Shown here: positions 1 through 13,166 of the stretch, piece after piece
Layout: every line of letters starts with the position of its first letter
Numbering within the stretch: position 1 is the stretch's first letter
Origin: Octopus vulgaris
Taxonomy: Eukaryota
Length of the DNA stretch: 64,000 nucleotides
Assembly (NCBI GenBank): GCA_951406725.2
Contig: OX597834.1
Location: forward strand, 39,742,001 to 39,806,000
Direction of reading: 5' to 3'
Translations under genes and position numbers: made by a program
Notes under the pieces: model-generated
The model's input: the letters and a program-made list of their open reading frames with translations, nothing else
Database searches by the model: none
What the model was told of the DNA's origin: nothing

Positions 1-305
1 GGTACCCACCCAGCCGTGAAATCACAATAGCTACTTCCACCAAGAAACCACCCCAGCAAGGAAAAACATGGGAAAATAAAATCAATGGTGGAAACAATGA
101 TAAAGAAAATAGAATATTGATGAATATGTCATTGGTTTATTGTCTGATGTTTATCACATGATGGAAAATATCAATGACAAAGAAGCAGGGAAGCAGTGAA
201 ATTAGCAGACGATAAAGGAGCCTAAATGTGGTCACTGGGCATGTTAGAAATAGAAACCAAATCTCAGTCAAACTCTCCTTTATTCTCTCAAGTAGGGGCT
301 ACCTT

Positions 306-723
306 ACTCTTTTGCTTGTTTCAGTCATTTGACCGTGGCCATGCTGGAGCACCGCCTTTAGTCAAGCAAATTGACCCCAGGACTTATTCTTTGTAAGCCT
401 ACTACTTACTCTATCAGACTTTTTTTTGCTGAACTGCTAAGTTACAGGGACATAAGCACACCAGCATTGGTTGTCAAGCGATGTTGGGGAGACAAACACA
501 GACACACAAACGTATACACACACATACATATATATATATATATACATACATACATATATACGATGGGCTTCTTTCAGTTTCTGTCTACCAAATCCACTCA
601 CAAGGCTTTGGTTGGCTTGAGGCTATAGTAGAAAACACTTGCCCAAGGTACCATACAGTGGGACTGAACCCAGAACCATGTGGTTGGTAAGCAAGCTATG
701 TACCACACAGCCACTCCTGCTCC
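306..723 (-). mobile_element. SINE family A (tRNA-like head, CORE-like ACCTTGGGCAAGT block, internal TA/TG microsatellite), near full length
   Basis: Minus strand GCAGGAGTGGCTGTGTGGTA...GGTTCAGTCCCACTG...CAGTCAAATGACTGAAACAAG-type layout; more than 20 related copies in the window. Confidence 0.85.
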
Positions 724-2356
724 TATATATACATACATATATACATATATATATATATACACACACACACACCCAATGAGCTTCTTTTGGTTTCCATCTA
801 CCAGATCTACAAAATCTACAAGATTTTGGTTGGCCCAGGATTATAGGAGAAAACATTTGCCGAAGGAGGCACACAGTGGGACTGAACCTGGAACTATGTG
901 GTTGAGAGCCAAACTTCTCACCACACTGCCAATGCCTGTGCAGAGACAATCCATCCGATCCACGAGGAGATAGGAAAATAGATGTGAAATGATGTCAAGG
1001 ATATTTTTACAAGGGTGTTTTGGATCTTGTAATAATGGATGTGGAAGGTTTATCACCTTTTAAGAGAATGGGAAAGCAATTTTATGAGAGCTCTGGAAAT
1101 GGAAGATTGCAAAATAAGGGGGAAAAAATAATGTTTATTTAAAATTTAATTTAATACATACATAAATACACACACACACGCACACATAAATACACGCATG
1201 CAAGTGCATATTTATATAATCATCTGCATACATACGCAAATCTATATGCACACATGCACGTGTTCACAGACACATACAAACACATTTATAAACGCATGAA
1301 CACGCATGTACATCTTTATATACACCTGCATACACACACACACTCATATGCACATTTACATACATATGCACGTGCACACACACATACATTAATATACACA
1401 TGCATACACACACACATATTTATATACACTTGCAGATACACACATACCCAAACACATTTATATACACACACACACACACACATTCATATACTCGTGCAGA
1501 TACACACACACACACAATATAGAGATGTGTGCGCACTCAAACACATTTATATACACATGCATACACATACACATTTATATACACATGCATACATACACAC
1601 ACAATTATATACACATGCATACACATATATTTATATACTCGTGCAGATACACACAAACACATTAATATATTGATGCGTGCACACTGAAGCACATTTATAT
1701 AAACATGCACACACAAACATTTACACACACACACACACACACACACAATAACTACATATATTTTTTTCCCATGTGAATTATTTTTTCCACAGAAGCTGTC
1801 ACGCAGAAGACATCCCAAAACAACCAAAGAAAAAAAAAACAAAGACGAACAAAACTTAAGCAAATAACAAAAAAATCTCTAGTTTTGTGTTGTTATTCCA
1901 AATTAATTTTCAGTTTTAAATTTCTTGTACTGCATTATTAAAGAGGGATTTTAAGAATGGTAAAATCGAAAAATGCAGCAAAAAACCAGAAAAGTGCCAT
2001 GAAATGGCTATCTGTGTAGATTCGAGAAATATGGTTAAGCTGAGTAAATAGAAGGAAGAAGCGGAAAAAAAGTTTTGAAAGGTAGATAAGAGGAAAGAAA
2101 TTAAATACTTTGAAAAATAGGAGGGAAAAAAATGGTTGGTTCTATATATAAAGGTATAAGAATTGGATTGATGGGTGGGTGGGTGGGCAGATGGGTGGAT
2201 GGATAGATGGACATGGTGGTGATGCAAAGGAATTCTTGAAGCAACAACTGACTCACTGCTGGGGTTGATGGAAGGAAAAATGGCAAATAATATGGGAAGA
2301 AACCAAAGAAATGGAGGTGGGTTTGTGTGTGTGTGTGTGTGTGTGCGTATATATAT

Positions 2357-2387
<31 letters not shown>

Positions 2388-2475
2388 CGTATATACACAT
2401 GTATGCAATACATACATACTTACATATATATATGCACAAATACAGACATATATATACACACATATATAAATATAT

Positions 2476-2517
<42 letters not shown>

Positions 2518-2920
2518 GTACACACGCTCATATACAAATACATACAATGTACACACATACATATATATATATACACACACATGTATATACACACACACAT
2601 ACATATATAAACCCCCACCAAACAAAATTAATATACAAAAAACAAATACAAAAAAGATATGATAGAAAGTGCAAGGTAGAAGAGCGATTGTGGGCTCGTG
2701 TCGGAAATGCAGTAAAATACCGCAAAAATGCATTTTAGGATATTAGAAAAACACATTTAAGTAAAATGAAAAATGTTGAAATAGAGTCATCTTATATATC
2801 CCAACCCATTTCAGTTTTGGCTAAAATTTTAAGCACAGCTGGGAGTTATCGACAATTTGTGCTCTGTCGGTATCAGACAGAAGCAGAAAGCTAAGACAGT
2901 AAACACGGAAGGATTAATTT

Positions 2921-3380
2921 ACTTTTTTTTACTCTTTTATTTGTTTCAGTCATTTGACAGTGGCCATGCCGGAGCACCGCCTTTAGTCGAGCAAATCGAC
3001 CCCAGGACTTATTCTTTGTAAGCCTAGCACTTATTCTATCGGTCTCTTTTGCCGAAACCGCTAAGTAACGGGGACGTAAACACACCACCATTGGTTGTCA
3101 AGCGATGTTGGGGGGACAAACACAAACACACACACACACAAACATACACACGTATATATACATATATACAATGGGCTTCTTTCAGTTTCCGTCTACCAAA
3201 TCCACTCACAAGGTTTTGGTGGTGTGTTTGCATTCCCGTAACTTAGCAGTTTGGCAAAAGAGACCGATAGAATAAGTACTAGGCTTACAAAGAATAAGTC
3301 CTGGGGTCAATTTGCTCGACTAAAGGCAGTGCTCCCGCATGGCTACAGTCAAATGACTGAAACAAGGAAAAGAGTAAAAA
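2921..3380. mobile_element. Two SINE-A 3' halves in inverted orientation
   Basis: 2925-3090 and 3218-3380 are reverse complements of each other. Confidence 0.85.
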
Positions 3381-4249
3381 AAGAAAAGAGAGTATGATTT
3401 CGGATGGGGAAGGGGTTTAACAACAACTGCTGCTACTGCTGCTGCTGCTGTTACCGTGAAATTATGGAATGTAAGGCACTTGAAGAAGATCTGGTGTACT
3501 GCAGTAAAATGTCTCCTCCTTCCTGCCAAGACTATGGTAAATATGTAAGTAACCTTTGTAAGAATTCTTAGAACTTGGTTACCATTCCAAAATTACCGAG
3601 TTATCAGTGTCATCAACTAAAGGTATTCCTTACAAGGTAGGAACTAAGAATTAAGACAACAGGATATGTTGAGGGTGAGTTCAGGGTATGTTAAGTTGGG
3701 GAGTGTAGGTGCTGATATGACGGTGTGGTAAGAAGTGTGTTTCCCAACTATATGGATCCAGGTTCAGTCCCACTATATAGTACCTTGGGCAAGTGTTTTC
3801 TACTGCAGCCCACGGCTGACTGAAGCTTTGTGACTGGATTTCATATATAGAAACTGAAAGAAGCCCATCATATATATAGTAAGGCACATGGCTCATATAT
3901 ATATATATATATATTATATGTAGAAAAATACAAACTGGGACAAGAACGTAAAACATTTAGAAGACGATACAAAAAACACGGACGGGACATTTGAAGCCTT
4001 CAATCTTCAGTCAAGAACCGGACCATCCTCGCAATTTCGGCTGATTAATCTTGAGATCGCTCCGATCCAGCCAGCCCCTTATATATAAGATTGTGAGTTC
4101 AAGCCTACAGCATGTATTGTGTTTTTCTACAGAGAATTTAATCCGATACATTCTACCGCTTATACAAAGTCCTCTGTCCCTTTAGAACTGGCTGCACTCA
4201 CATGTCACGATGGTTACAGTGGTGGATAATAATGATGATGGATAATAAA

Positions 4250-4480
4250 GGGGGCGAGCTGGCAGAACCGTTAGCACGCCGGGCAAAATGCTTAGTGGTA
4301 TTTCGTCTGCCGCTACATTCTGAGTTTAAATTCTGCCGAGGTTGACTTTGCCTTTCATCCTTTCGGGGTCGATTAAATAAGTACCAGTTACGCACTGGGG
4401 TCGATGTAATCGACTTAATCCGTTTGTCTGTCCTTGTTTGTCCTCTCTGTGTTTAGCCCCTTGTAGGTAGTAAAGAAATA
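4250..4480 (+). mobile_element. SINE family B (central GACTTTGCCTTTCATCCTTTCGGGGTCGAT..AAGTACCAG block, resembling the Meta-SINE domain)
   Basis: GGCGAGCTGGCAGAACCGTTAG head with a B-box-like GAGTTTAAATTC; many copies. The domain name is from recall and needs alignment. Confidence 0.8.
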
Positions 4481-5182
4481 GGATAATAATGATGATGATG
4501 AGGAGGAAGAGGGTACTGAGGATGATGATGATGATTATGATGCTGATGATGATGAAGAAGAAACTGATGATGTTGATGCTGCTGTTGTTGATGATGATGA
4601 TGATGAAGCTAATAATGACGATCATGATGATGATGATACTGATAACTATAGTGGTGGTGATGATTATTATAAGGGCAACAACAAGGCCAGCATTTGATTC
4701 CTCCATGTCCCGTGTCCCTATTGAAACGACAATAACAACAACATGTGGCCCACATTAACAAAGTGTTCCACACTAACAGTTTCACTCAACACACTGTTGA
4801 AGCCTCCACATCTAACTCAAGGAAAAAATTCTATCCAATAATTAAGATCTTTCCAAGCCATTCCAGCCATAATTTGCTTCAGGGCTTCTCTCTTATTTCT
4901 GTCATTCAACCATTCCAGATAAATCTTTAGAAGCATCGACATTTCTTCGCATGGTTTTCACTTCAATGTTTCGTAAATTCTTTGTATCTATTTTAGCGCT
5001 TCCAATAAGATCGATGAAGACCACTTCTTCTGCGGGGAATGTCTTGTAGGAACAATTCTATGGCTCTCTGCCAGCTATTAAGTAGATTCTTTCAAAGAAG
5101 TTGACCATTTCTAAATTACTCTTTGCGGTTATTGATTATACCAGCCAGTTGTCATGTATACTTATGGCTACACATACAGCAT

Positions 5183-5227
<45 letters not shown>

Positions 5228-6087
5228 TATACACATACACATATATTGATGTATATATACAGAAACATATACATATACACATATATTGATGTATATATAC
5301 AGACACATATACATATACACACACATATATATAGAGGTGTATATACATACACATATATATATATAGAGAGAGAGAGAGATAGATGTATATATATATATAT
5401 ACATATACACACATATATATAGAGGTATATATACATACACAAATATATATATAGATAGATGTATATATATATATACATATACATATATATATATGTATGT
5501 ACACAAACACAAAAACACATATATACATATATATACATATATATATGTATGTACACACACATTGTACACACACACACACATAAAAACATCAGCCATGAAT
5601 AAAACATTAAAAAACTCTGTGTGCATATATATGTACACACACACACATGCATGTATATATAAGTGTACATTTACATGTACACACACATTCTGGTTTCCTT
5701 TTATATGCTTGCAAATATAAAATAAAATTTTATTACGATACATACTTCCTTCAAACCCAGAATACAAAAGGAGTAGATGGGCGTGTGGGGGGGGGTTGTC
5801 AAACAGAAATGAAAGAGGAAGGACAGAAGGAAGGAAAGAAGAAGAGAGGAAGGAAAGAAAGAAGAGAGGAAGGAAAGAAGGAAAGAAAAGAGGAAATAAA
5901 GAAAGGAAGAAAAGAAGAAAGACAGATATTTTTATTCATTTACTTGTTTCAGGCATTTGACTACGGCCACGCTGGAGCATCGCCTTTAGTCAAAAAAATC
6001 GACCCAGGACTTAGTCTTTGTAAGCCTGGTACAAACCGTCCAACCCATGCCAGCATGAAAAGCGGACGTTGAACAACGATGATGATG

Positions 6088-6134
<47 letters not shown>

Positions 6135-6753
6135 CACTGCACCTAGAACCATCCTTGAAATGGCTCTATGATTCAAATTGGATTTGGTACTTTCGTGTTT
6201 ACAATATCCTACCAACACCTGATACCTTCATGGTTGTTTTACCTCATAATGAACTCTATGCTACTGTACCTAGCCATTTCTGGTGCCCTACAAATGGACA
6301 TGCCTAGATTCTATTGAATCCCATAACTAATCTACCTATCTATCTCAATGTTTCCACATATATATATATATGTGTGTGTATATATATGAAAACATGCATT
6401 GACATGTATATAAAATAAATTAATGAAACTAAGAGATAAAAAACAAATATATTCGTTAAGATGATTGTCAAAACATTTCAATGATTCAAATGTATTCCTC
6501 CCATTTCTGACATATTCGTAAATGTGTGTGTGTGTATGTGTGTACGTGTATGCACACATCACTTATATACACAAATACACACACACACACACACACACAC
6601 ACAAGCTGTATTATTGTAAATATATCAAGATTAGATGAATATTTTTGTTGCGTTTATGATGATGATGAGTCAGCCTTCTGAATGTGTAGAATCATCATTC
6701 CATATACACCTTATACACACAGAGAGGCATTCACAAATATATATATATATATA

Positions 6754-7137
6754 CTAGCAGTATCGCCCGGCGTTGCTCAGGTTTGTAAGGGAAATAACTA
6801 TAAAGCATTTTTAGAGAGTGATAGCCAAAAAATAGCAAAAAATGGAAAAAAATGATGGTAAATTTTTTTTTGAGATTTAAAAAAGGTGGAGTTGCGTCCC
6901 CTAGACAGTTTGTGGTTCGTGTTTCTGATTCTCGACCCCATGTCGAATTTATCGATTTTTTTCAGAACTGGGGGAACTTTTCAAAATTTTTGCTGCGTTA
7001 GTTTTGAATTATGACATTGGGCTACGTGTGTGTCAAGTTTCATCAGAATCGGTTGAAAGCCGTGGTCAGGGTGAGGGTACAAGCAAACAGACACACAGAA
7101 ACACGCACAGACAAACTGCCGTTTATATATAGAGAGA
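6754..7137 (-). mobile_element. Non-autonomous Helitron, copy 1
   Basis: The minus strand begins A|TC and ends with a GC-rich hairpin (CCTGAGCAACGCCGGG) followed by CTAG|T, the canonical Helitron termini. A second copy lies at 24140-24496. Confidence 0.8.
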
Positions 7138-7191
7138 TATATATATGAATAAATAAATGGATTTTAACGCAGGTGTAAATCAAATATTTTT

Positions 7192-7277
7192 ACTTTCGAC
7201 ACATGTTTCGAAAATTCCACTGATACTATCCAAAAGAATAAATGGTATAAACAATGCAATCTCCTCTTCAGGAAAGT
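7192..7277 (-). ncRNA. Type-I hammerhead ribozyme motif (Penelope-type), intact core
   Basis: ACUUUC-CUGAAGA-GGAGAUU...AAUUUUC-GAAA-CAUGUG-UC-GAAAGU: 6-bp stem I, 7-bp base of stem II, minimal stem III containing the ACAUGU palindrome, GUC cleavage triplet. Confidence 0.8.
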
Positions 7278-7459
7278 GAAAAAAAAACGAAACTCGTCAA
7301 TAAGACATTTTAGCAAAAAATTATGGATTTGTATAGTGATAGACAGAACGCTATTAATATTGTTTAAAAAAACGTTATATGATATAAATATATATATATA
7401 TATGTATTGATATATATTTATATATGCGTATATATTTTAGCATAGATGTATGCATATTT

Positions 7460-7786
7460 ACTGCCACTCTGTCGGTCATGACTGGTGTTCCAGTTGTTCT
7501 GATTAATATAACAGCTTGCTCGTGAAATTCATGTGCAAGTGGCTGAGCACCCCACAATCATGGGTCACCTTAACATAGTTCTCTGGGAGATTCAGCATGA
7601 CACAGAATGTGACATGGTCGGCCCTTTGAAATACTGGTGCTACTACTCCCTTTTACCAATGGAGTGAACTGGAGTTACATGAAATAAAGTGTCTTGCTCA
7701 AGAGGCACAACATGCTGCCCTGCCAGGAACTGAACTCATGATCTTGTGATTGTGAACTGAATACGCTAACCACTAAGCCATGCACC

Positions 7787-7790
<4 letters not shown>
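7460..7790 (-). mobile_element. SINE family E (tRNA-like head plus CORE-like CTTGAGCAAGACACTTTA). Related pieces at about 25962-26190, 43218-43445, 60205-60435 and 63280-63470.
   Basis: Minus strand GAAGGTGCATGGCTTAGTGGTTAG...GAGTTCAGTTCC. Confidence 0.72.
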
Positions 7791-7826
<36 letters not shown>

Positions 7827-7955
7827 TGCGTGAGCCATCTAAGGGACAATAAGGCAGGGAAAAGATGTACTCATATATCTGTCAGTAGAGTGGGTTTCAG
7901 ATAATATATATATATATAGTATTAATAAAATAGGAGATGGAATGTGTAATAGAAT

Positions 7956-8012
7956 TTATTGGGTACAACACATGTTTTGACCCATTCAGGGTCTCTTCAG
8001 GTGTATCAATAA
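7956..8012 (-). ncRNA. Degenerate hammerhead motif
   Basis: CUGAAGA-GACCC(ugaau)GGGUC-AAAA-CAUGUG-UU; GAAA has decayed to AAAA and stem I is imperfect. Confidence 0.55.
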
Positions 8013-8349
8013 AAAGTCTCACTAGATATTTCTCGAGTTGGCTTACATACTGCTATAAGTCCATCAAATTCGGGAATGAGTAAAATCAGAGAAGAATTAT
8101 TGAAACGCAAAAATTTCAAATATGAACGTGGAAAGTATACATTCTAGTTCAGAGAAAATTACGTAATTGTATCATCATCATCGTTTAATGTCTGCTTTCC
8201 ATGCTGGCATGTATATATATATACATATATATATATATACACACATACACACCATTGGCAAGTGTGTTTAGGGAAACAGTCCTCAGTTTTCTTTAGCGTA
8301 AAGGTTGCATTGAGGTCTTTATGAATCATTCTTTTACATATTTACAAAC

Positions 8350-8881
8350 ACAAGCTCCATCCGAACGTGGCCGTTGCCAGTGCAGCCTCCACTGGACTCT
8401 GTGCCGGTGGCACATAAAAGCTCCATCCGAACGTGACCGTTGCCAACCCCGCCAGCACCATCCGAACGTGGCCGTTGCCAGTGCAGCCTCCACTGGCTTC
8501 TGTGCCGGTGGCACGTAAAAACACCATCCGAACGTGACCGATGCCAACCCTGCCCCGAATGGCTTCTGTGCCGGTGGCACATAAAAAGCACCATCCGAAC
8601 GTGGCCGATGCCAGCACCGCCTTGACTGGCTTCTGTGCCGGTAGCACATAAAAAAGCACCAACCGATCGTGGCCGATGCCAGACCCTCTGGCACCTGTGC
8701 AGGTGGCACGTAAAAAGCACCCACTACACTCGCGGAGTGGTTGGCGTTAGGAAGGGCATCCAGCTGTAGAAACACTGCCAGACCAGACTGGAGCCTGAGG
8801 CAGCCCCTGGCTCCCCAGACCCCGGTCGAACCGTCCAACCCGTGCTAGCGCGGAAAACGGACGTTAAACAATGATGATGAT
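8350..8881 (+). mobile_element. SINE family C: internal tandem ~60-bp units plus an RTE-like 3' end terminating in (GAT)n
   Basis: Repeated AAAGCACCATCCGAACGTGGCCG...TGTGCCGGTGGCAC units, then GGCGTTAGGAAGGGCATCCAGCTGTAGAAAC...GGACGTTAAACAATGATGATG. Confidence 0.8.
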
Positions 8882-9169
8882 TACATTTTATCAAAAATTC
8901 TACAAGTCAAAAACAGTTTAGTCTTCATAATTCTCTCAGAATGGTGCCATGGCCTACAGTCTTCGAAAGACTGCTCTCTTTGTGCCAAAGCTAGAAGTCC
9001 TTAAAGCTGCTGTTGGGACAGTTGCTGTTGCCATTGTTACCATTGCATTTGTTATTACTCTTATAATTGAAGTTGTTGTTATAGTTGATGTTGGTGTTGT
9101 TGCCATTATTGATGCTAATGTTGTTATTTCTGCTATTATTATTGTTATTTACTGCCATTGTGGGCAGTA

Positions 9170-9580
9170 AAGAAATAAGAAACATTAGCACGCTGTGCAA
9201 AATGCTTAGCGGTATTTTGCATGTCTTTACGTTCTGAGTTCAAAATCCGCTGAGGTCAACTTAACCTTTATATTGTTTCAGGGTCGATTAAATAAGTACC
9301 AGTTACACACTGGGATCGATATCATTGACTTAATCCGTCTGTCTGTCCTTGTTTGTCCCCTCTATGTTTAGCCCCTTGTGGGTAGTAAAGAAATAAGAAA
9401 TTAGCATGCCGGGTGAAATGCTTAGCGGTATCTCACATGTCTTTACGTTCTGAGTTCAAACTCCACTAAGGTCATCCTTTCGAGGGGGTCAATTAAATAA
9501 GTACCGGTTGCATACTGGGGTCGATCTAATCTACTAGGCCCCTCCCCCAAAATTTCGGGCCTTGTGCCTAGATTAGAAAA
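9170..9580 (+). mobile_element. SINE-B tandem copies
   Basis: Two successive diverged copies. Confidence 0.75.
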
Positions 9581-9615
9581 AAATATTAATGTACAACAGC
9601 TACTGCTGCTGCTGC

Positions 9616-9649
<34 letters not shown>

Positions 9650-10746
9650 ATCGCTATTGATGTTGTTACTGTTGTCGCCTATTGTTGAAATTATCATTTC
9701 CATCCCAATTACTATTCATATTCTATTCTTGTATTCCATTACTAATGCGAGGGTCTGCAAAAACTCACATTAGTAATAATAGCAGAGTTATTATTTTAAA
9801 TGATAAGAGCAGAGCTGGGTAGGCGGGTGGGTACCTACGACCTGATAGACAGACAGGTAGGTAGATACAGAAAGAGGAGGCAGGGTGAGGTCTGCAGTAT
9901 GCGCGCGCGCGCACGTGTGTGTGTGTGTGTATGTATGTATAGATGTGTATGCGTGTGTATTGAGGTGTGTGTGTATGTGTATAGGTGTGTGTGTGTATAT
10001 CAGTGTGTGTGTGTATATATCAGTGTATGTGTATATAGAGGTGTGTGTATGCATGCGTATAGGGGTGTGTGTGTGTGTATAGGGGTTTGTGTGTGTGTGT
10101 GTGTATAGAGGCGTGTGCGTGTGTATAGAGGTGTGTATGTGTATAGGTTTGTATATGTGTATAGGTGTGTGTGTGTGTGTGTGTGTGTTTATGGGGGTGT
10201 GTGTGTGTATAGAGGTGTGTGTATGTGTATAGGGGTGTGCGTGTGTATAGAGGTTTTTGTGTATAGCGGTGTGTATGTGTATAGAGGTGTGTGTGTATGT
10301 ATATAGGTTTGTGTGTGTGTATAGATGTGTGTGTGTGTGTATATAGGTTTCTGTGTGTGTGTGTGTGTGTATAGAGGTGTGTGTGTGTGACCAAAAGTAA
10401 GTTCTTGCTGCTGGGGAGTGATGTGTTGTTGTTCATGGTAGTGTAGTACGGCAATGAAGTGTTTACTTTAAAAATACACTCTCGGGAGAAATAAACCAGT
10501 TCTCACAGCAGTCGCATGGAATTAATGCAGGAGATAATTGCAGATGAGACAGAGCAGGAAGAGATGGAGGGGGTGGGGAGGCAGGAGGGGTGAAGGACTT
10601 TGTTTTGTTTTTTTTTGTTTTTTCTGTTTTTGTAGGGTGAAGAAATTAAGTCGGAGAGAAAATGAAAATGGAGAAGAAGAGAGAGACTGACAGATAGATA
10701 GGAAGATGATAGCTAGATGGGTAGAGAGAGAGACAGAGAGAGAGAC

Positions 10747-10803
<57 letters not shown>

Positions 10804-10952
10804 CATACATACATACATACATACATACATACATACATACATACATACATACAGAGGTGGATCGATAGACAGACAGATAGACCGACAGATAGATAGAGAT
10901 AGATGGATGGATGGATGGATAGACAGATATGTATATAGATAGACAGACAGAC

Positions 10953-11019
<67 letters not shown>

Positions 11020-11187
11020 CAGATAGATAGGTAGGAAGAGAGACAGATATAAAGCAAGACAGAGAGAGAGGGAGAGAGAAATGAGCTAAAACAATACAGA
11101 TTAAAAGATAAAGAACAGAAAAAGCCGAGAGAGAGAGAGAGAGAGAGAGAAAGGGAGGTAAATGGACATTAGACAAGTGAAGCTCAC

Positions 11188-11205
11188 CGTCGGCGTCTGA
11201 GGATG
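11188..11205 (-). other. Candidate 18-nt microexon
   Basis: Minus strand ttgttgctgtttcgtctccag|CATCCTCAGACGCCGACG|gtgagc. Confidence 0.4.
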
Positions 11206-11280
11206 CTGGAGACGAAACAGCAACAATAATAGTGAATCCAGTATGTAGATTCCATTAACATCATGTTCTATATACATATA

Positions 11281-11313
<33 letters not shown>

Positions 11314-11614
11314 TGTGAACAGTGCTCAGGTGTATACAACATATACACCTTCCAATGCTCTGGTAATAAATACACTGTTTCACTCAACGTGTTTCAACTC
11401 AAATATGCATCATTGAAATGATACATACTTTGGTGGGTGAGTGTGAGTATACGAAGATGATCACCATCATCATCATCACCACCATCATCATCATCACCAC
11501 CATCATCGTTATATATATAGAGAGAGATATAGATGTATATATATAGATATTAGTGATGAGCATTCCACATAACTATAGAGTCTCTCTTACATATACACAC
11601 CCAGTCTTTCTCTT

Positions 11615-11651
<37 letters not shown>

Positions 11652-11702
11652 TGTGTGTAAAATAGAAGTTGGGTGTGTATGTGCACATACCCTATTACTT
11701 TT

Positions 11703-11750
<48 letters not shown>

Positions 11751-12004
11751 ACACTCACTCTTTATTGTTTACATATATACATATTCATATTCTGACGGAG
11801 GTGCAACCCAGCTTTGAAGAAGGAAAAAAATGTGATTTAAAAGATTTTAATAGAACATCTAATTTTGATAGAATTTCTTGATTAAGGTACATCTATGTCT
11901 GCTTGATTATGAATGTGTGTGTTTTAATCTAGACATGCATACAGGGTAGTGTTAAGGTATAGGCATAGTGAGCAGTTGCACAGGGGTCTCATGGGTTTAG
12001 GGGC

Positions 12005-12600
12005 CCGGCTTTTGTGCCGGTGGCGCGTGACCTGCTGTACTTGAGGAGACCCATTGAGTCAAGTACATTAACATCAAAATAAATATCAAATGGAAATTGT
12101 AGTTGTGATACCTGTGCGGGTGGCACATAAAAAGTACCATCCGAATGTGGCCGATACCAGCACTGCCTTGACTGGTTTCTGTGTTGGTGGCACGTAAAAA
12201 GCACTAACCGACTGTGGCTGCTGCCTGCCAGGGGAGGCTGGCAGCAGCCACAATCGGTTGGTGCTTTTTATGTGCCACCAGCACAGAAACCAGTCAAGGT
12301 GGCGCTGGTATTGGCCACATTCGGACGGTGCTTTTTATGTGCCACCAACACAGAAACCAGTCAAAGCAGTGCTGGTATCGGCCACATTCGGATGGTACTT
12401 TTTGGCACCTGTGCCGGTGGCACGTAAAAAGCACCCACTACACTCATGGAGTGGTTGGCGTTAGGATGGGCATCCAGCTATAGAAACACTGCCAGATCAG
12501 ACTGGAGCCTGGTGCAGCCTCCTGGCTTCCCAGACCCTGGTCAAACCATCCAACCCGTGCTAGCATGGAAAACAGACGTTAAACGATGATGATGATGATG
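12005..12600 (+). mobile_element. SINE-C copy with an internal inversion
   Basis: Same tail; units at 12240-12402 are inverted. Confidence 0.8.
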
Positions 12601-13166
12601 TGGCTTGCTGCCCCCAAAAAATACTATAGGACTCAGTGCAATGATGTGCCCAGGGGCCATAAAGTTAAGATGACCATGATGTATATATACCTACGTGGGT
12701 GAGATTGATGAGGCAGAAGAACAATTTTATGGGGTAAGAGAATACAGTCAGATTTCTTGCTGAGATGCTGGGTAGTGCAAGTGGCATGTGCCATGGCAAG
12801 GGGTAGAGAAAGAGAGAGAGAGAGAGAGAAGGATACAAGAATGTGTGTTAGGTAAGAGGGCAGACCATTCTTGTCCTTACTGTGTCGCAAAAAGTCCTGA
12901 CATTCCATGAAATAAACAAAATGCAAGTTTAACAGATTTTTAGCTTTAAAACTGTTAAAAATGGATCTTCCTTGATGTAATTGCTGTGTGCATCCATACA
13001 TACATACAAACACATGTATATAAAGCAATTACAAAAGTCACCTATGGAAATACCACATTTAAGACATTTAGGTCTCCATTGATGCTACAGAATGAAACAT
13101 TGGGAAACTGCAAATAAAAGAAGCCATCATCATTAGTGAGACCAAGACCCATATTAGCAGCGGCAA

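Noticed and set aside
371-690. Recurrent peptides such as [41 protein letters not shown]
   Set aside because: They are conceptual translations of SINE-A copies. Frames break between copies, so this is not a protein family.
3915-4080. Possible ribozyme in a retroelement-like fragment (CUGAAGA on the minus strand)
   Set aside because: No correctly placed GAAA, stem III or stem I.
4890-5035. Protein-like short frames in unique islands (EVVFIDLIGSAKIDTK... on minus; also 31968-32080 and 40765-40895 on plus)
   Set aside because: Splice signals are weak or missing and no homology is recognisable.
8350-8720. CRISPR-like repeat arrays (also 41665-42450, 54250-54980 and 56390-57200)
   Set aside because: The context is eukaryotic, the spacers are homologous to each other, and there are no cas genes.
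11375-11432. Partial hammerhead (hairpin followed by GAAACACGUU on the minus strand)
   Set aside because: The CUGANGA half of the core is absent; at most a truncated relic.
11942-12678. hAT-like MITE split by SINE-C
   Set aside because: The ends are only loosely inverted and no target-site duplication is visible.
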